Shown piece after piece: positions 17,869 to 28,170 of a stretch of 41,647 bases of DNA. Source of the stretch: a bacterium (GTDB lineage Bacteria; CLD3; SB21); NCBI GenBank assembly GCA_013360215.1, contig JABWCP010000028.1:1-41647 (forward strand), written 5' to 3'. The notes under the pieces are model-generated. The model was not told the origin of the DNA, did no database searches, and was given only the letters and a program-made list of their open reading frames with translations. The first letter of the stretch is position 1, and each line of letters starts with the position of its first letter. Position numbers and translations under genes: made by a program.

Positions 17869-19854
17869 ATGTCCAAGATCTTTGATCGAGTGAATCTTCC
17901 TAAAGATATTAAATCGTTGTCGTCCGATGAATTAGTGCAACTTGCAGGAGAACTGCGCGCCTATGTGATTGATGAAATTTCACGTATTGGCGGCCATCTC
18001 GCCCCGAGTCTCGGCGTCGTAGAAATATCGGTCGCACTGCATCATGTATTTGATACGCCGACGGATAAAGTTATTTGGGATGTGGGGCATCAGGCCTATG
18101 TGCATAAACTTCTCACAGGACGTAAAGATCAATTTCACACGATACGACAAACGGACGGCATCAGCGGATTTTGTAAAATTCATGAAAGTGAATACGACGC
18201 TTTCGGTGCAGGCCATGCCAGTACTTCGATTTCGGCGGCTGTCGGCATGGCGATCGCCCGCGATCAATTGAAAAAAAACAACAAAGTCGTAGCTGTGATC
18301 GGTGACGGTTCGCTCACCGGCGGTATGGCTTTTGAAGCCATGAATAATGCGGGTTCGCTTAAAACCGACATGATCGTCGTACTCAATGATAACATGATGT
18401 CCATTTCTTCCAATGTCGGGGCTTTATCCAATTATCTTACGGATCTAATTTCAGCACCGTTGTACAATAAAGTAAAAACGGAAGTGTGGAATGCGCTCGG
18501 TCATTTGCACGAAGTCGGTGATCGCGTACGCCACGGTCTCAGCAAAATGGACGAAAGTATCAAGTCTATGCTTGTACCCGGTCATTTTTTTGAAAGCCTC
18601 GGCTTCCGTTATTTCGGTCCGATTGACGGCCACGATCTTCCGCGTCTTATCAAAGTTTTGCGTGATGTCAAAGATCTCAAAGGCCCGATTCTGATTCATA
18701 CCCTGACCAAAAAAGGAAAAGGTATGCCTTTGGAAGAGCAGGATGTGGAAAAATATAAAGTCAACGCCAATAAATTTCACGCCGTCTCTCCGCCGAAAAA
18801 AGTAAACGCTTCGGAAACCGTTGCAGCGCCGACGTACACCGAAGTTTTCGGTAAAACAGTAGTCAAGCTTTGCAAGATGCATTCGCATGCTGTCGGTATT
18901 ACGGCCGCTATGGCCGACGGCACCGGATTAAAATTTTTAGCTAAAGAAATGCCGGAGCGCTTTTTTGACGTAGGCATTGCTGAACAACATGCGGTGACGA
19001 TGGCCGCAGCGATGTCGCTCAACGGAGTCAAACCTATTGTTGCGATCTATTCCACATTTTTGCAGCGCGCGTACGATCAGATCGTACACGATGTGGCCAT
19101 TCAGAAAATTCCTGTTTTATTTTGCCTTGATCGTGCAGGTTTAGTGGGTGCGGATGGGCCGACACATCACGGCGCGTTGGATTTATCGTATTTGCGTTGC
19201 ATTCAGGGCATGGTCATCATGGCACCCAAAGATGAAAACGAATTGAAAGATATGGTGTACACCGGGCTGATGTACGATAAAGGACCTATTGCGGTGCGTT
19301 TTCCGCGCGGCAACGGTATCGGTGTGCCGGTTACAGAGGCGTTTGAAAAAATTCCGATCGGTAAATCAGAATTTGTACAACGCGGCAAGGATATCGCTTT
19401 ATTGGCCGTAGGAAACATGGTCCAACATGCTCTTAGTGCGGCGCAGGAGCTAATTCGCAACGGTTATTCGGCTACAGTGGTCAATATACGATTTGTCAAA
19501 CCGCTTGATGAAGCGATGCTTTTTGAAATATGCCGTGATTTTGATGATGTGATCACGATCGAAGATAATGTTACAACCGGTGGTTTTGGCAGCGGTGTAT
19601 TGGAAGCGATATATAGTCCCGATTTTATTGAGCGCGGCCAAAAACAAGATAAAGATTTTGTACAAAAGATGGCCCGTTTGCGCCTTAAGCGACTGGGCTT
19701 ACCGGATGCGATCGTGGAGCATGGCGATAATGATGTATTATACGAACGCGTAGGACTTGATCCTGCTTCCATTGCTCGGGATGCTAAAACTATGATCGAA
19801 AAACGTCGCGGGGGAATTCAGGTCGAAACTATTATGGCCGCGGCAGCACGATAG
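17869..19854 (+). CDS. dxs: 1-deoxy-D-xylulose-5-phosphate synthase
   Basis: GGHLAPSLGVVE, WDVGHQAY, GDGSLTGG...NDN (TPP binding), IAEQHAV, DRAGLVGADGPTH. Confidence 0.98.
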   Translation: MSKIFDRVNLPKDIKSLSSDELVQLAGELRAYVIDEISRIGGHLAPSLGVVEISVALHHVFDTPTDKVIWDVGHQAYVHKLLTGRKDQFHTIRQTDGISGFCKIHESEYDAFGAGHASTSISAAVGMAIARDQLKKNNKVVAVIGDGSLTGGMAFEAMNNAGSLKTDMIVVLNDNMMSISSNVGALSNYLTDLISAPLYNKVKTEVWNALGHLHEVGDRVRHGLSKMDESIKSMLVPGHFFESLGFRYFGPIDGHDLPRLIKVLRDVKDLKGPILIHTLTKKGKGMPLEEQDVEKYKVNANKFHAVSPPKKVNASETVAAPTYTEVFGKTVVKLCKMHSHAVGITAAMADGTGLKFLAKEMPERFFDVGIAEQHAVTMAAAMSLNGVKPIVAIYSTFLQRAYDQIVHDVAIQKIPVLFCLDRAGLVGADGPTHHGALDLSYLRCIQGMVIMAPKDENELKDMVYTGLMYDKGPIAVRFPRGNGIGVPVTEAFEKIPIGKSEFVQRGKDIALLAVGNMVQHALSAAQELIRNGYSATVVNIRFVKPLDEAMLFEICRDFDDVITIEDNVTTGGFGSGVLEAIYSPDFIERGQKQDKDFVQKMARLRLKRLGLPDAIVEHGDNDVLYERVGLDPASIARDAKTMIEKRRGGIQVETIMAAAAR

Positions 19855-19875
19855 AATTAAAAAACATACAAATAG

Positions 19876-19908
19876 AAAACCCTGCAGTTTTTTCTGCAGG
19901 GTTTTTTT
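19876..19908. terminator. Bidirectional intrinsic terminator between convergent dxs and pta
   Basis: AAAACCCTGCAG-TTTTTT-CTGCAGGGTTTT followed by T-run; A-run on the other side. Confidence 0.85.
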
Positions 19909-19923
19909 GTTTTAGGATACGTT

Positions 19924-20901
19924 TTACGCTTTGAGTGCGCAGATGGCCGTTACATTGGCAATGTCTTCCGGCGTACAACCTCGGGAAAGATCATTGATTG
20001 GTTTGGCTAAACCTTGAATAACCGGGCCGATGGCTTGTGCTTTACCGATGCGCTCGGTTACTTTATAGCAAATATTACCTGCATCGAGATTAGGAAAAAT
20101 GAATACGTTCGCTTTACCGGCAACGGCACTACCGGGAGCTTTGCGCTGGCCGATGGATTCGATAAATGCTGCATCAAACTGCAATTCTCCGTCAATTTTT
20201 ATATCCGGTCTTTTTTCACGGACGATAGAAAGCGCCTGAACTACTTTATCCACAGCTTCATGTTTGGCGCTACCTTTTGTCGAAAAAGAAAGCATCGCCA
20301 CCATCGGTTCTTCACCGGTGAGTTGTTTGTGACTTTCGGCGGATGCGATGGCGATATCGGCCAGTTGGGCGGCATCCGGATAAGGCATGACGGCGCAGTC
20401 GCCGTACGTAATGGCCCGTCCATCCGGAAGTACCATCAAAAAAATACTCGAAACCGTATTGATGCCGGGCGCCGTACCCACGCAATGTATGGCCGCACGC
20501 AACACATCCGCGGTTGTGGATACGGCGCCTCCGACAAAACCTTCGCATTCGCTGCGCCGTACCATCATCGCGCCATAATATAAAACGGAATGCATGTGTT
20601 GTTTGGCCTGCTCGTAAGTCATGCCTTTGGCCTTGCGGAGATTAAATAATTCCGACGCATAATCCGCCGTTTTTTCAGAACGCTTGGGATCAATGATCGA
20701 AACCGATGAGGGCAAGTCCACCTGCAATTCCCGTGCTCTATTTCTTATCTTGTCGGCATCACCGAGCAAAATCGGTTTGGCGATCTGTTCGTTTATTATG
20801 ATTTTGGCGGCAAGCAATGTGCGATCTTCTTCGCCTTCGGGAAGAACAATACGGCATTTTTTGTGACGGGCACGTTCGCGTATCGAAGCAATGATGGACA
20901 T
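19924..20901 (-). CDS. pta: Phosphate acetyltransferase
   Basis: IVLPEGEE, AMLSFSTKGS, DGELQFDAA, FPNLDAGNI.YK, QGLAKPINDLSRGC. Confidence 0.96.
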   Translation of the reverse strand: MSIIASIRERARHKKCRIVLPEGEEDRTLLAAKIIINEQIAKPILLGDADKIRNRARELQVDLPSSVSIIDPKRSEKTADYASELFNLRKAKGMTYEQAKQHMHSVLYYGAMMVRRSECEGFVGGAVSTTADVLRAAIHCVGTAPGINTVSSIFLMVLPDGRAITYGDCAVMPYPDAAQLADIAIASAESHKQLTGEEPMVAMLSFSTKGSAKHEAVDKVVQALSIVREKRPDIKIDGELQFDAAFIESIGQRKAPGSAVAGKANVFIFPNLDAGNICYKVTERIGKAQAIGPVIQGLAKPINDLSRGCTPEDIANVTAICALKA

Positions 20902-20941
20902 AAAAAAATCCTTTAGTTAGTAAAACAAACTAAAGGATTTT
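20902..20941 (-). terminator. Terminator-like hairpin ending the upstream operon and overlapping the pta RBS
   Basis: Perfect 14-bp inverted repeat (20905-20918 / 20928-20941). On the minus strand it ends in a T7 run directly before the pta ATG. Confidence 0.6.
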
Positions 20942-20955
20942 ACGATTAAAATCAA
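20926..20955 (-). promoter_or_regulatory. pta promoter
   Basis: Minus strand TTGATT-N17-TAGTTT(G). Confidence 0.55.
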
Positions 20956-20966
20956 CGCGTGCGCTT

Positions 20967-21866
20967 TTAAGGATTTTTATAATCGCGATTTACGGTAAAG
21001 GACACCCACGGCGATCGGGAAGCATTGTTCTTACCGAAATAGCTATCCACGCGCCATTGGTAAACTCCTTTTTGAAGCCGAGCGCCCTCAAAGAAATTTG
21101 AATTGGCATATACGACGCGGGTCGGGGAATCCGTAGCGTAGAGTGAATCGCCCGGAATACCGTCAAAAAATTCATCAATATAAGAATAGGTTTGTTTGTT
21201 GAGCGTCATGGATTCTTGCGCGCCGCAATTTTCCCCAAACGTTCCGGGCTGCTGATAGGCGAGCCATACGAGTTGACCGGAGGACGTCGCGACTTTGATC
21301 ACATAATACCCGGGTTCATCGCCAAAAATACACCAGGAGAATTGCGGTTTGGTGGTCACCACCGTATCCTGATTATGCGGGTGCCCCGGGGAGGCCTTTT
21401 GTGCAAGACGGAAAGGCATGACATATGTGTACAGATTTTCTTCATCCAAATAATCGGATATATCGGTGGTATTACCTTTGGAATCTTTTGCGACGACGTA
21501 GTAGTAATACGTTTTTTCGGCGATCACGGCGTCTTCGATAAACGAATCGGTTTCGGCTTCATTTACAGTACGAACGGCGATCTCTGCAAAGGCGCTGTCT
21601 AAACCGCCGGATCGGTACACGATATATTCCGTGATTAGATTATCAGAGACGGTGATCGGTGACCATTCTAAACGAAGCAATTGTAAAGCACCTTCGATCG
21701 GACGTGTGCCGCGATCAACCGCCAGCGTATCGCCGTTATGTGCTTTGATACGCACTTTGGAAGGACGCGGCTCCGGCGGATTGACTTCGTCCGGACATCC
21801 GGTAAATATCATTGCAGCCAAGCCGATAAATGTAAGCGATAAAATGCTGTTGCGAAACATGATCAT
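20967..21866 (-). CDS. Lipoprotein with fibronectin type III-like domains
   Basis: Lipobox FTGC; LEWSP...YIVYRS...YYYYVVAKD and YQWRVD Fn3/Ig-like patterns. Confidence 0.65.
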   Translation of the reverse strand: MIMFRNSILSLTFIGLAAMIFTGCPDEVNPPEPRPSKVRIKAHNGDTLAVDRGTRPIEGALQLLRLEWSPITVSDNLITEYIVYRSGGLDSAFAEIAVRTVNEAETDSFIEDAVIAEKTYYYYVVAKDSKGNTTDISDYLDEENLYTYVMPFRLAQKASPGHPHNQDTVVTTKPQFSWCIFGDEPGYYVIKVATSSGQLVWLAYQQPGTFGENCGAQESMTLNKQTYSYIDEFFDGIPGDSLYATDSPTRVVYANSNFFEGARLQKGVYQWRVDSYFGKNNASRSPWVSFTVNRDYKNP

Positions 21867-21876
21867 CCTTTATGAA

Positions 21877-22926
21877 CTAAAACTTATACGAAGTACCGAT
21901 ACGATGCGTGTATCCCAACGCATGATTATTTAATGCGTAATCAATGTGGATGTGATTGTACTGAAATCCGGCACCGTAAGTCAAAGTACCGTTGTCTATA
22001 CCGAGGCGCAGCGCAGCTAACTTATTGTATTCCCACTCAAGGCCGTAGTGACGATCGTTGGCGTAGCGCGTATTACTTTCGTACGATAAAAGTATGTTGC
22101 TCTTCCATTCATCCAACCCTTGGATGTACGACATGCCAAATTTGAAATTAGCTTTGACGATATCCTGAGCGCGTACGTCGGATGAAATTTTATTATACTG
22201 CACGGCTGTCGTCGTGGCATCCTGAAAATTGAAGCTCATTACAAAATCACCAAGAGTGGGAATTTCCAAAAGATCATTCATGCCAAACATGATCATCGTT
22301 CCGATATCCACGCCGATGCCCGACTTACGTACATCGTTGAGAACCACGCCGTTTTCTCCGGAGATGCCGCTTGTACCGCCGCGGATAATTTTAAAACTTG
22401 CGCCGACGGGAATTTGTATAGGGAAGTCGCTATAGGCCCATCCGAGATTAAGGCGCAGGGTATTCATACGCGCAAAAGTAAAAAAGAAAGCATTATCGGC
22501 ATACGAAAAGTGTCCGTGTTGCAGCGCCGCAAAATCAAATCCGGGAACAGCATGTTCCGAAGCCGAGCCGGATAGATCCGCATTTTCAGGAATATTGCTG
22601 ATGCTATAGCGAATCCAGCCTACAGCGAAAGAATAACGGTTGTTAATTTGATGATTGTATCCTAAAACATGATACTGCGCGAGTCCGCCAAACTGGCTCG
22701 AATAACTTCCCGTGACTTCATGGCGATTAACCAATACGGAACCTGCCGGATTCCAAAAAAATGCCGTCGCGTCGTTGGCTATCGCCGAATAGGCACTACC
22801 CATTGATGCCGCTCTGACACCGGCCGGGATTTCCAAAAAGGCATTGGCGTAACGTCGGTTTTGTGCCGTGATGACCGTAGCTACGCTAATGAAAAGTAAT
22901 ATTAAGGTTCGAACACTTTTTTTCAT
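21877..22926 (-). CDS. PorV/PorQ family (UPF0164) outer-membrane protein
   Basis: FLEIPAGVRAASMGSAY.A.ANDATAFFWNPAG; C-terminal beta strand ending in Phe. Confidence 0.85.
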   Translation of the reverse strand: MKKSVRTLILLFISVATVITAQNRRYANAFLEIPAGVRAASMGSAYSAIANDATAFFWNPAGSVLVNRHEVTGSYSSQFGGLAQYHVLGYNHQINNRYSFAVGWIRYSISNIPENADLSGSASEHAVPGFDFAALQHGHFSYADNAFFFTFARMNTLRLNLGWAYSDFPIQIPVGASFKIIRGGTSGISGENGVVLNDVRKSGIGVDIGTMIMFGMNDLLEIPTLGDFVMSFNFQDATTTAVQYNKISSDVRAQDIVKANFKFGMSYIQGLDEWKSNILLSYESNTRYANDRHYGLEWEYNKLAALRLGIDNGTLTYGAGFQYNHIHIDYALNNHALGYTHRIGTSYKF

Positions 22927-22935
22927 ATCGGGTTA

Positions 22936-25900
22936 TCAGCGAAAATACGCCAGTTTACCTTTCTTCTCGATAGTTTTTCCATTGAGTTTGCCGCGTATAC
23001 GATAAAAATAAACACCATTGGCAATTGGGCGTCCGTCTTCGTCCAACGCATCCCAGGTCACCTCATGATAACCAACAGCTGTAATATTTTTTCCGGACGC
23101 AATCGCGTCGGTGTCTGTAATTTTGCGAATGCGACGACCCGACACCGTGTAGATGCTTATATCCAGTGCCTCCAAAGGTTCCGGAGCTTCGACACGGAAT
23201 GCAAACGTTGTTGTGTTGATAAAAGGATTGGGGTAATTGCCATACGATTCGATGTCAAATTTACGAATGACCTGAAAATTGAGCGTGTCGGTCTTACTTG
23301 TATTCCCGTTGACATCTTTCGCCGTAAACAACACTTCGTGTTGGCCGTCATCAAAAGCCTGGTTCAGATTTAACGTAAATGTGACGGTATTTGAATTGGG
23401 TACCGAATCCGGTAATACGATTTGTGAAGCGCTGATCGGTGCGTTATCAACAGTTATCGCATAGTGGTTGCGATTTAGGCTTACGCCATTGCGGTCATAG
23501 ACTATAGCCGAGACGCGCGGTTGGCGCGGTGCAATACCACCTTGCGTAAAAAGTTGTCCTTCGATCGTAGTTTCGATCACCGGTGCAGTGCGATCTCGAT
23601 TGATCATGAGCATCCACGGTGCACGGTCTTCATTTGAAGTCAGTATCGCCGAGATTTGGCCGTGTGATTTAGTTTGTGAAGCAGAGAGGATAGTCCACTT
23701 ACGATTTCCGGAGTCCCAACGGTAAACGGACAGCGAATCAGTATATGTTGCATTATAGCGTAATGTATCATAACGCATGATCAAATGTATCGGTTGGCCA
23801 TCGGCGATAAGCCGCGAAAAGCCCGGTTCGTAAACTTGCGCAGCCGATGCACCGTACGGAATCGCAGGGCTAATATCCGGTTGATTGACGATCGTATATT
23901 CGCCGGTGACATGGAGGCTCATCGTACCGTTTTGAGTATAGACTCCGGGAGGAATACTTATACGCAGTGCCGAATCAACGGACACGGTATCATTTTTGGT
24001 TCCGTTGAACGTAGTTCCTAAAGACGGTGTAACATTAAATGCACCTAAGCGAATAGTTTGAAAGCGCAAGTTATTGGAACGGTTGACATCGTTGATACCG
24101 GAGTCGGGATCTACCCAAACGGCGATCACATGTTCTCCGTTGGACAGACTGGAAAGAATAGAGGCCGTATCGGATGAGATCACGCCGGAATTGGTAATGC
24201 TACCTTCTACTTGTACAAATGTTTCACCGATCAAAACGCCGGTACTCAACGGGTTGCCTTCATAAAATCGCACATTTACATTTTCAGCTTTGGCAAAACC
24301 CAGATTTTGTACGACGGCATTAATGCGCACTTCCGATGATCCGCCGACATAAATGGACTTGGTGAGCGGCGTAGGGATGTTTAAATCAATGCCCGACAGA
24401 ATTTTAAAATTAGGCGACGGACTTTGTGTGGAATCGCCATTGGTATCATAAATGGTAAGAACGTATGTGATTTTGTCGTTTTCTGCGAAAGGGCCTATGC
24501 CTTGGCTTTCGTACGTATTTCCGGATGTGAGTTTGAGCGTATCAACGCCGGATGATGCTATCGGACCTGTTACCGTATAATGAGCTATGACACGTGCAAC
24601 ACCTTGAGGATCGCTGACCGTGGCTGAAAACCGAATAATATCTGAACTGGTCGGTGTGGCGGGTATCGTTTTCATATCCGCGATAAAAGTACCGTCAATA
24701 TAGAAATCCGTGTTGCTGTTGAAGTATTTTTGACCGTCCGATGATTCGCCGTAAAGCCGTATTCCCGTCAATCCGGAGCGAAGCGCAGAATTGGGGATCG
24801 AATTCAGATTGATCGAAAAATCATACTGTCCGTTGGTGATGGTAAACGGTATCGAAACGACATTGGCAAAACTTGATTTATTGGCACCGCCGGAAACGGA
24901 ATCGGTCGTAGGTTTGGTTTGAAAAATCTCCGCCGTTCCGGAACCGTTTGAAAAATCAGTAGCACCGCTCACGTTAAAAGAAGCGCTTCTGGACGGGCTG
25001 TAGTTACTCAGTGTCATCGTACGAGCACGCGGCGCACGAACTTTTAAAGCCGGATCGCCGAGGAAGTTAAATTGATATACCATGCTCTGAGGTACGAGCG
25101 ATTGAAAGGTCGTGGAAGAACGATTGGCACCCTCAGCGGAAAAATCCTGCTCGCCGCGAAAGATCAAATAATTGGTTTTTCCTTTGGCGATAGATTGCCC
25201 GGCGGTTGTATTTTGTGCAAGAAATTCGTTCATCATATTATCGAGCATCTGATAATCGCCGATGATCCAGCCTGTTCCGCTGGCGGCTAAAACTGCGGCC
25301 GCGCCGCGATCGCGGGATAACATCATTGTTTCGCCCAACGCAAATTGACCGTCGCTGTCAAACGCGCCTACAAAACAGGTCATGCTCAGGACGATGGGAT
25401 AACGTCCGCCGTTGGGCGTGATCAGATTGATGCGGTCGTGATTCATCATCGGTTCACCGGCAATATCGCGATCACCCCACACGCCGCCGCCGCCATGGCC
25501 GAGGTACGTTATGATAAGTGCACCATCGCTAAAAAAATCAGTTACAGCGCCCGCACCGCCTCCGTATTCTTGGCCGGGGTAAGCATAGATGCGTTCGGGT
25601 GTAAAACGCTGAGCCAATCGGTTATTGATAAGTAAAGTGGATTGGTATCTGAATACGTCGCGTGGAATTTCAGGATTTCCCAACGTCGCGCGTTGTTCCT
25701 CACTGCCACCGATAAACACAATTTTATTTTTCCAATTGCCCGAGGGTCCTTTTTCGTAGGCAATGATTTTATCAATGTAGGCATTGAGTTGTGTCGCATT
25801 GATCACCGGAATGCGTCCGATAAAAAAATCGGGTATGATATCCTGATCATCGGCGAGGCAAAACCAATAGTCGCTGGACGCCGCACCGTACTTCTGTGTT

Positions 25901-28095
25901 TGTATAAATTGCGTCGGAACGATTTCGTTTGAACTTGTTTTAGGCTGCCGGGATGCATCACCGATCAAGCATACGTAAAGCGGATTACCTTGCGAGCCTT
26001 TCCAGTTCGCAGCGGAATAGACATACCTCAGGAAATCGCGAATGGCGTACGGTCCGGGAGCACCATAACTGAATTCATCATAAATATCTTCGATAGTAAT
26101 TGTTTCGGCTGAATAGCCTTGGCCCTTGCGGTAGTTCTCTAATCGCAGTGCGCTATCACGTAGTGCACGACTGGTAATGATAAGATATCGCGCATCATGA
26201 TTGCCGGTCTGTAAGTTACCGGGATTATAGGCTGTCACGGTTTTAGGCGTTAGTTTGGCTGTTTCACCAACCGCAATATATTCGATACCGGATATCGGTA
26301 CATCATCTTGAAATAATGCCTGATATGTAGTTTTACCCTGAATGGACGTATTACGAATAACAGGGTTAACGATGCGGCTTGAACCGCGTTTGTAAATACT
26401 GATATTGAGATCGTTAAAACCACTGAGTGTGAATTCGTGCAATGTCGTGCCGGAAATAGTAACATCCGGCGTGAAAATCAGCATATTATCGACCGCGGAA
26501 TAGTTTCTTTTATAAGTGATTTCAAACCAGTTCATAGCAAATATATCGCTATTTCTTTCGGTGCTGTTCGTCGTTGAGATGCGGAGGGTATTCGTACCTG
26601 TCGGCGATAATAGATCTGATGAAAAAGGAATATCTTGCTGAAGTTTGGTAGCGTCGGTCCACGTGATGGGGTTGGGTGTGATCAGATTATTATTCAATTC
26701 GACATTTACAAAATGTTTTTGTGTAGAAATGGCTTGTAGATTGATGCGCAGACTAAATTGTTGAATCGTTCCAGTAGGGACGCCGGGCAATTCAAATTCG
26801 TACTCGCGCGATGTCGTAGAAGAACCTACCGCTGCAGAATACGATATGCCGTTGTCATATACCCAAATATCTTCTTCCGCTACGGGGCGTATCAGGTTAA
26901 TATCTTTGACATCGTAGAGTACATTATCTTCTTCGAAATGTTTTGTCGTCGTATAAGAAGCCGGTTTGATCACAGACAATGGATCGCGCTCTTGAAGAGA
27001 ACCTTCTTCTTCGATGAGGCGCAGCCCCGCCGAACTTCCCCAAATCAAAAAATAAACATTATCGGTAGCCCATGGATCAAGATAATGGCCTTGTTTGGAC
27101 GGAATATCACGCAGGTATTTATTGTGTTTTGCGCGGTAAGGTTCGCCGTAAAATTCGATAATATCATCGGCTGCAAGACGATCCGTTTTTTTGGAACGAA
27201 CGTATACACGTTCTTCCAGACCCTGGCCGATCAAACGCAGTGTACGCGGATCTACGGATTGGAGGTTAACGCCGGATAAGGCCTGAAGCTCTCGGACGGA
27301 TATTTTATAAATGCCTTCTTTGTCCACGGTCATGCGGATGTATGGGCCGCCTGTAATCGCTGCCGTCGCGGCGGAAGAAAAAGAAGATTTAGAAAGTTTA
27401 ATTGCCGTGGAAGATGCGTTGGTCTGAAGTTGGCGTGCGCGTCGTGCCGATTCTGCATTAATCAGCCGATCGCTCAGCAAAGCGTCAATCTCCCCGTTAT
27501 TTATTTCCTGAACCGGTGTACGAGTGTTGGCGTTATAACGAACTACCACTTGCATTCGGGTCGTTATTTCCAAAGTGTGATGTTGGGCATGGTACTGTAT
27601 CGGGGTGATGTTCAATTCATAAAGTGGAATATCGCGCATTTTACCGTGATAACGGATGGATGCCAGAGCTGAAGTAGAAGATTTGCGAGATGAACGGAGT
27701 CCGGCCGTGGGATCGGCTTGCGAATCGGCCGACCAATCATCGCGCGCAGAAGACAGGCGAATGCCGTGCAGTATTTTTTTGTTCATTGCTGTAGCGCGGA
27801 TCGTCGGATTGGCTTGCACAGGCAGTTCAATCAAATAATTCAACGAAGGTACGGCATAACCATCCGCTTGTAAATGCGATTCAGCGTGTTTGAGTGCGAC
27901 CGAGTGCAAGGCTCTATTATCGCCGATAACCGAGTCAATATCCGGTGTGGGGATAGAGACTTCATAGATCAATTCGCCCGGTTCTTGTTTTATGACGGTG
28001 ACATAACCGCGAGAAGAAGCCATGTCAGTCGTTTGTGCAGTTAAAAAAGTTGTGCTGCACAATAGGATAATTACTAAAACAAAATTTTTATTCAT
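22936..28095 (-). CDS. C25 (gingipain/PorU-like) cysteine peptidase with propeptide, CARDB/Ig domains and T9SS CTD/FlgD-Ig C-terminus
   Basis: GIYKIS...IEFYG, IYDEFSYG, CLIGD, IGRIP, YLGHGG (catalytic His), SMTC (catalytic Cys), FLGDPAL; CARDB-like VDPDSGINDVNRSNN; NYPNPF...ANGVYFYRI...KLAYFR. Start at ATG 28095 (MNKNF signal peptide) or 28125. Confidence 0.88.
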   Translation of the reverse strand: MNKNFVLVIILLCSTTFLTAQTTDMASSRGYVTVIKQEPGELIYEVSIPTPDIDSVIGDNRALHSVALKHAESHLQADGYAVPSLNYLIELPVQANPTIRATAMNKKILHGIRLSSARDDWSADSQADPTAGLRSSRKSSTSALASIRYHGKMRDIPLYELNITPIQYHAQHHTLEITTRMQVVVRYNANTRTPVQEINNGEIDALLSDRLINAESARRARQLQTNASSTAIKLSKSSFSSAATAAITGGPYIRMTVDKEGIYKISVRELQALSGVNLQSVDPRTLRLIGQGLEERVYVRSKKTDRLAADDIIEFYGEPYRAKHNKYLRDIPSKQGHYLDPWATDNVYFLIWGSSAGLRLIEEEGSLQERDPLSVIKPASYTTTKHFEEDNVLYDVKDINLIRPVAEEDIWVYDNGISYSAAVGSSTTSREYEFELPGVPTGTIQQFSLRINLQAISTQKHFVNVELNNNLITPNPITWTDATKLQQDIPFSSDLLSPTGTNTLRISTTNSTERNSDIFAMNWFEITYKRNYSAVDNMLIFTPDVTISGTTLHEFTLSGFNDLNISIYKRGSSRIVNPVIRNTSIQGKTTYQALFQDDVPISGIEYIAVGETAKLTPKTVTAYNPGNLQTGNHDARYLIITSRALRDSALRLENYRKGQGYSAETITIEDIYDEFSYGAPGPYAIRDFLRYVYSAANWKGSQGNPLYVCLIGDASRQPKTSSNEIVPTQFIQTQKYGAASSDYWFCLADDQDIIPDFFIGRIPVINATQLNAYIDKIIAYEKGPSGNWKNKIVFIGGSEEQRATLGNPEIPRDVFRYQSTLLINNRLAQRFTPERIYAYPGQEYGGGAGAVTDFFSDGALIITYLGHGGGGVWGDRDIAGEPMMNHDRINLITPNGGRYPIVLSMTCFVGAFDSDGQFALGETMMLSRDRGAAAVLAASGTGWIIGDYQMLDNMMNEFLAQNTTAGQSIAKGKTNYLIFRGEQDFSAEGANRSSTTFQSLVPQSMVYQFNFLGDPALKVRAPRARTMTLSNYSPSRSASFNVSGATDFSNGSGTAEIFQTKPTTDSVSGGANKSSFANVVSIPFTITNGQYDFSINLNSIPNSALRSGLTGIRLYGESSDGQKYFNSNTDFYIDGTFIADMKTIPATPTSSDIIRFSATVSDPQGVARVIAHYTVTGPIASSGVDTLKLTSGNTYESQGIGPFAENDKITYVLTIYDTNGDSTQSPSPNFKILSGIDLNIPTPLTKSIYVGGSSEVRINAVVQNLGFAKAENVNVRFYEGNPLSTGVLIGETFVQVEGSITNSGVISSDTASILSSLSNGEHVIAVWVDPDSGINDVNRSNNLRFQTIRLGAFNVTPSLGTTFNGTKNDTVSVDSALRISIPPGVYTQNGTMSLHVTGEYTIVNQPDISPAIPYGASAAQVYEPGFSRLIADGQPIHLIMRYDTLRYNATYTDSLSVYRWDSGNRKWTILSASQTKSHGQISAILTSNEDRAPWMLMINRDRTAPVIETTIEGQLFTQGGIAPRQPRVSAIVYDRNGVSLNRNHYAITVDNAPISASQIVLPDSVPNSNTVTFTLNLNQAFDDGQHEVLFTAKDVNGNTSKTDTLNFQVIRKFDIESYGNYPNPFINTTTFAFRVEAPEPLEALDISIYTVSGRRIRKITDTDAIASGKNITAVGYHEVTWDALDEDGRPIANGVYFYRIRGKLNGKTIEKKGKLAYFR

Positions 28096-28170
28096 TCGGT
28101 ACGTATTTGCAAAAACAAAATCCATAGTGTCAATTAATATGTATATTGTACGGTAAAACAGAGATTTCGG

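Noticed and set aside
17520..17885. 121-aa ORF spanning the glgC-dxs intergenic region
   Set aside because: Overlaps both neighbours, covers both predicted promoters, and has no RBS or recognisable motif.
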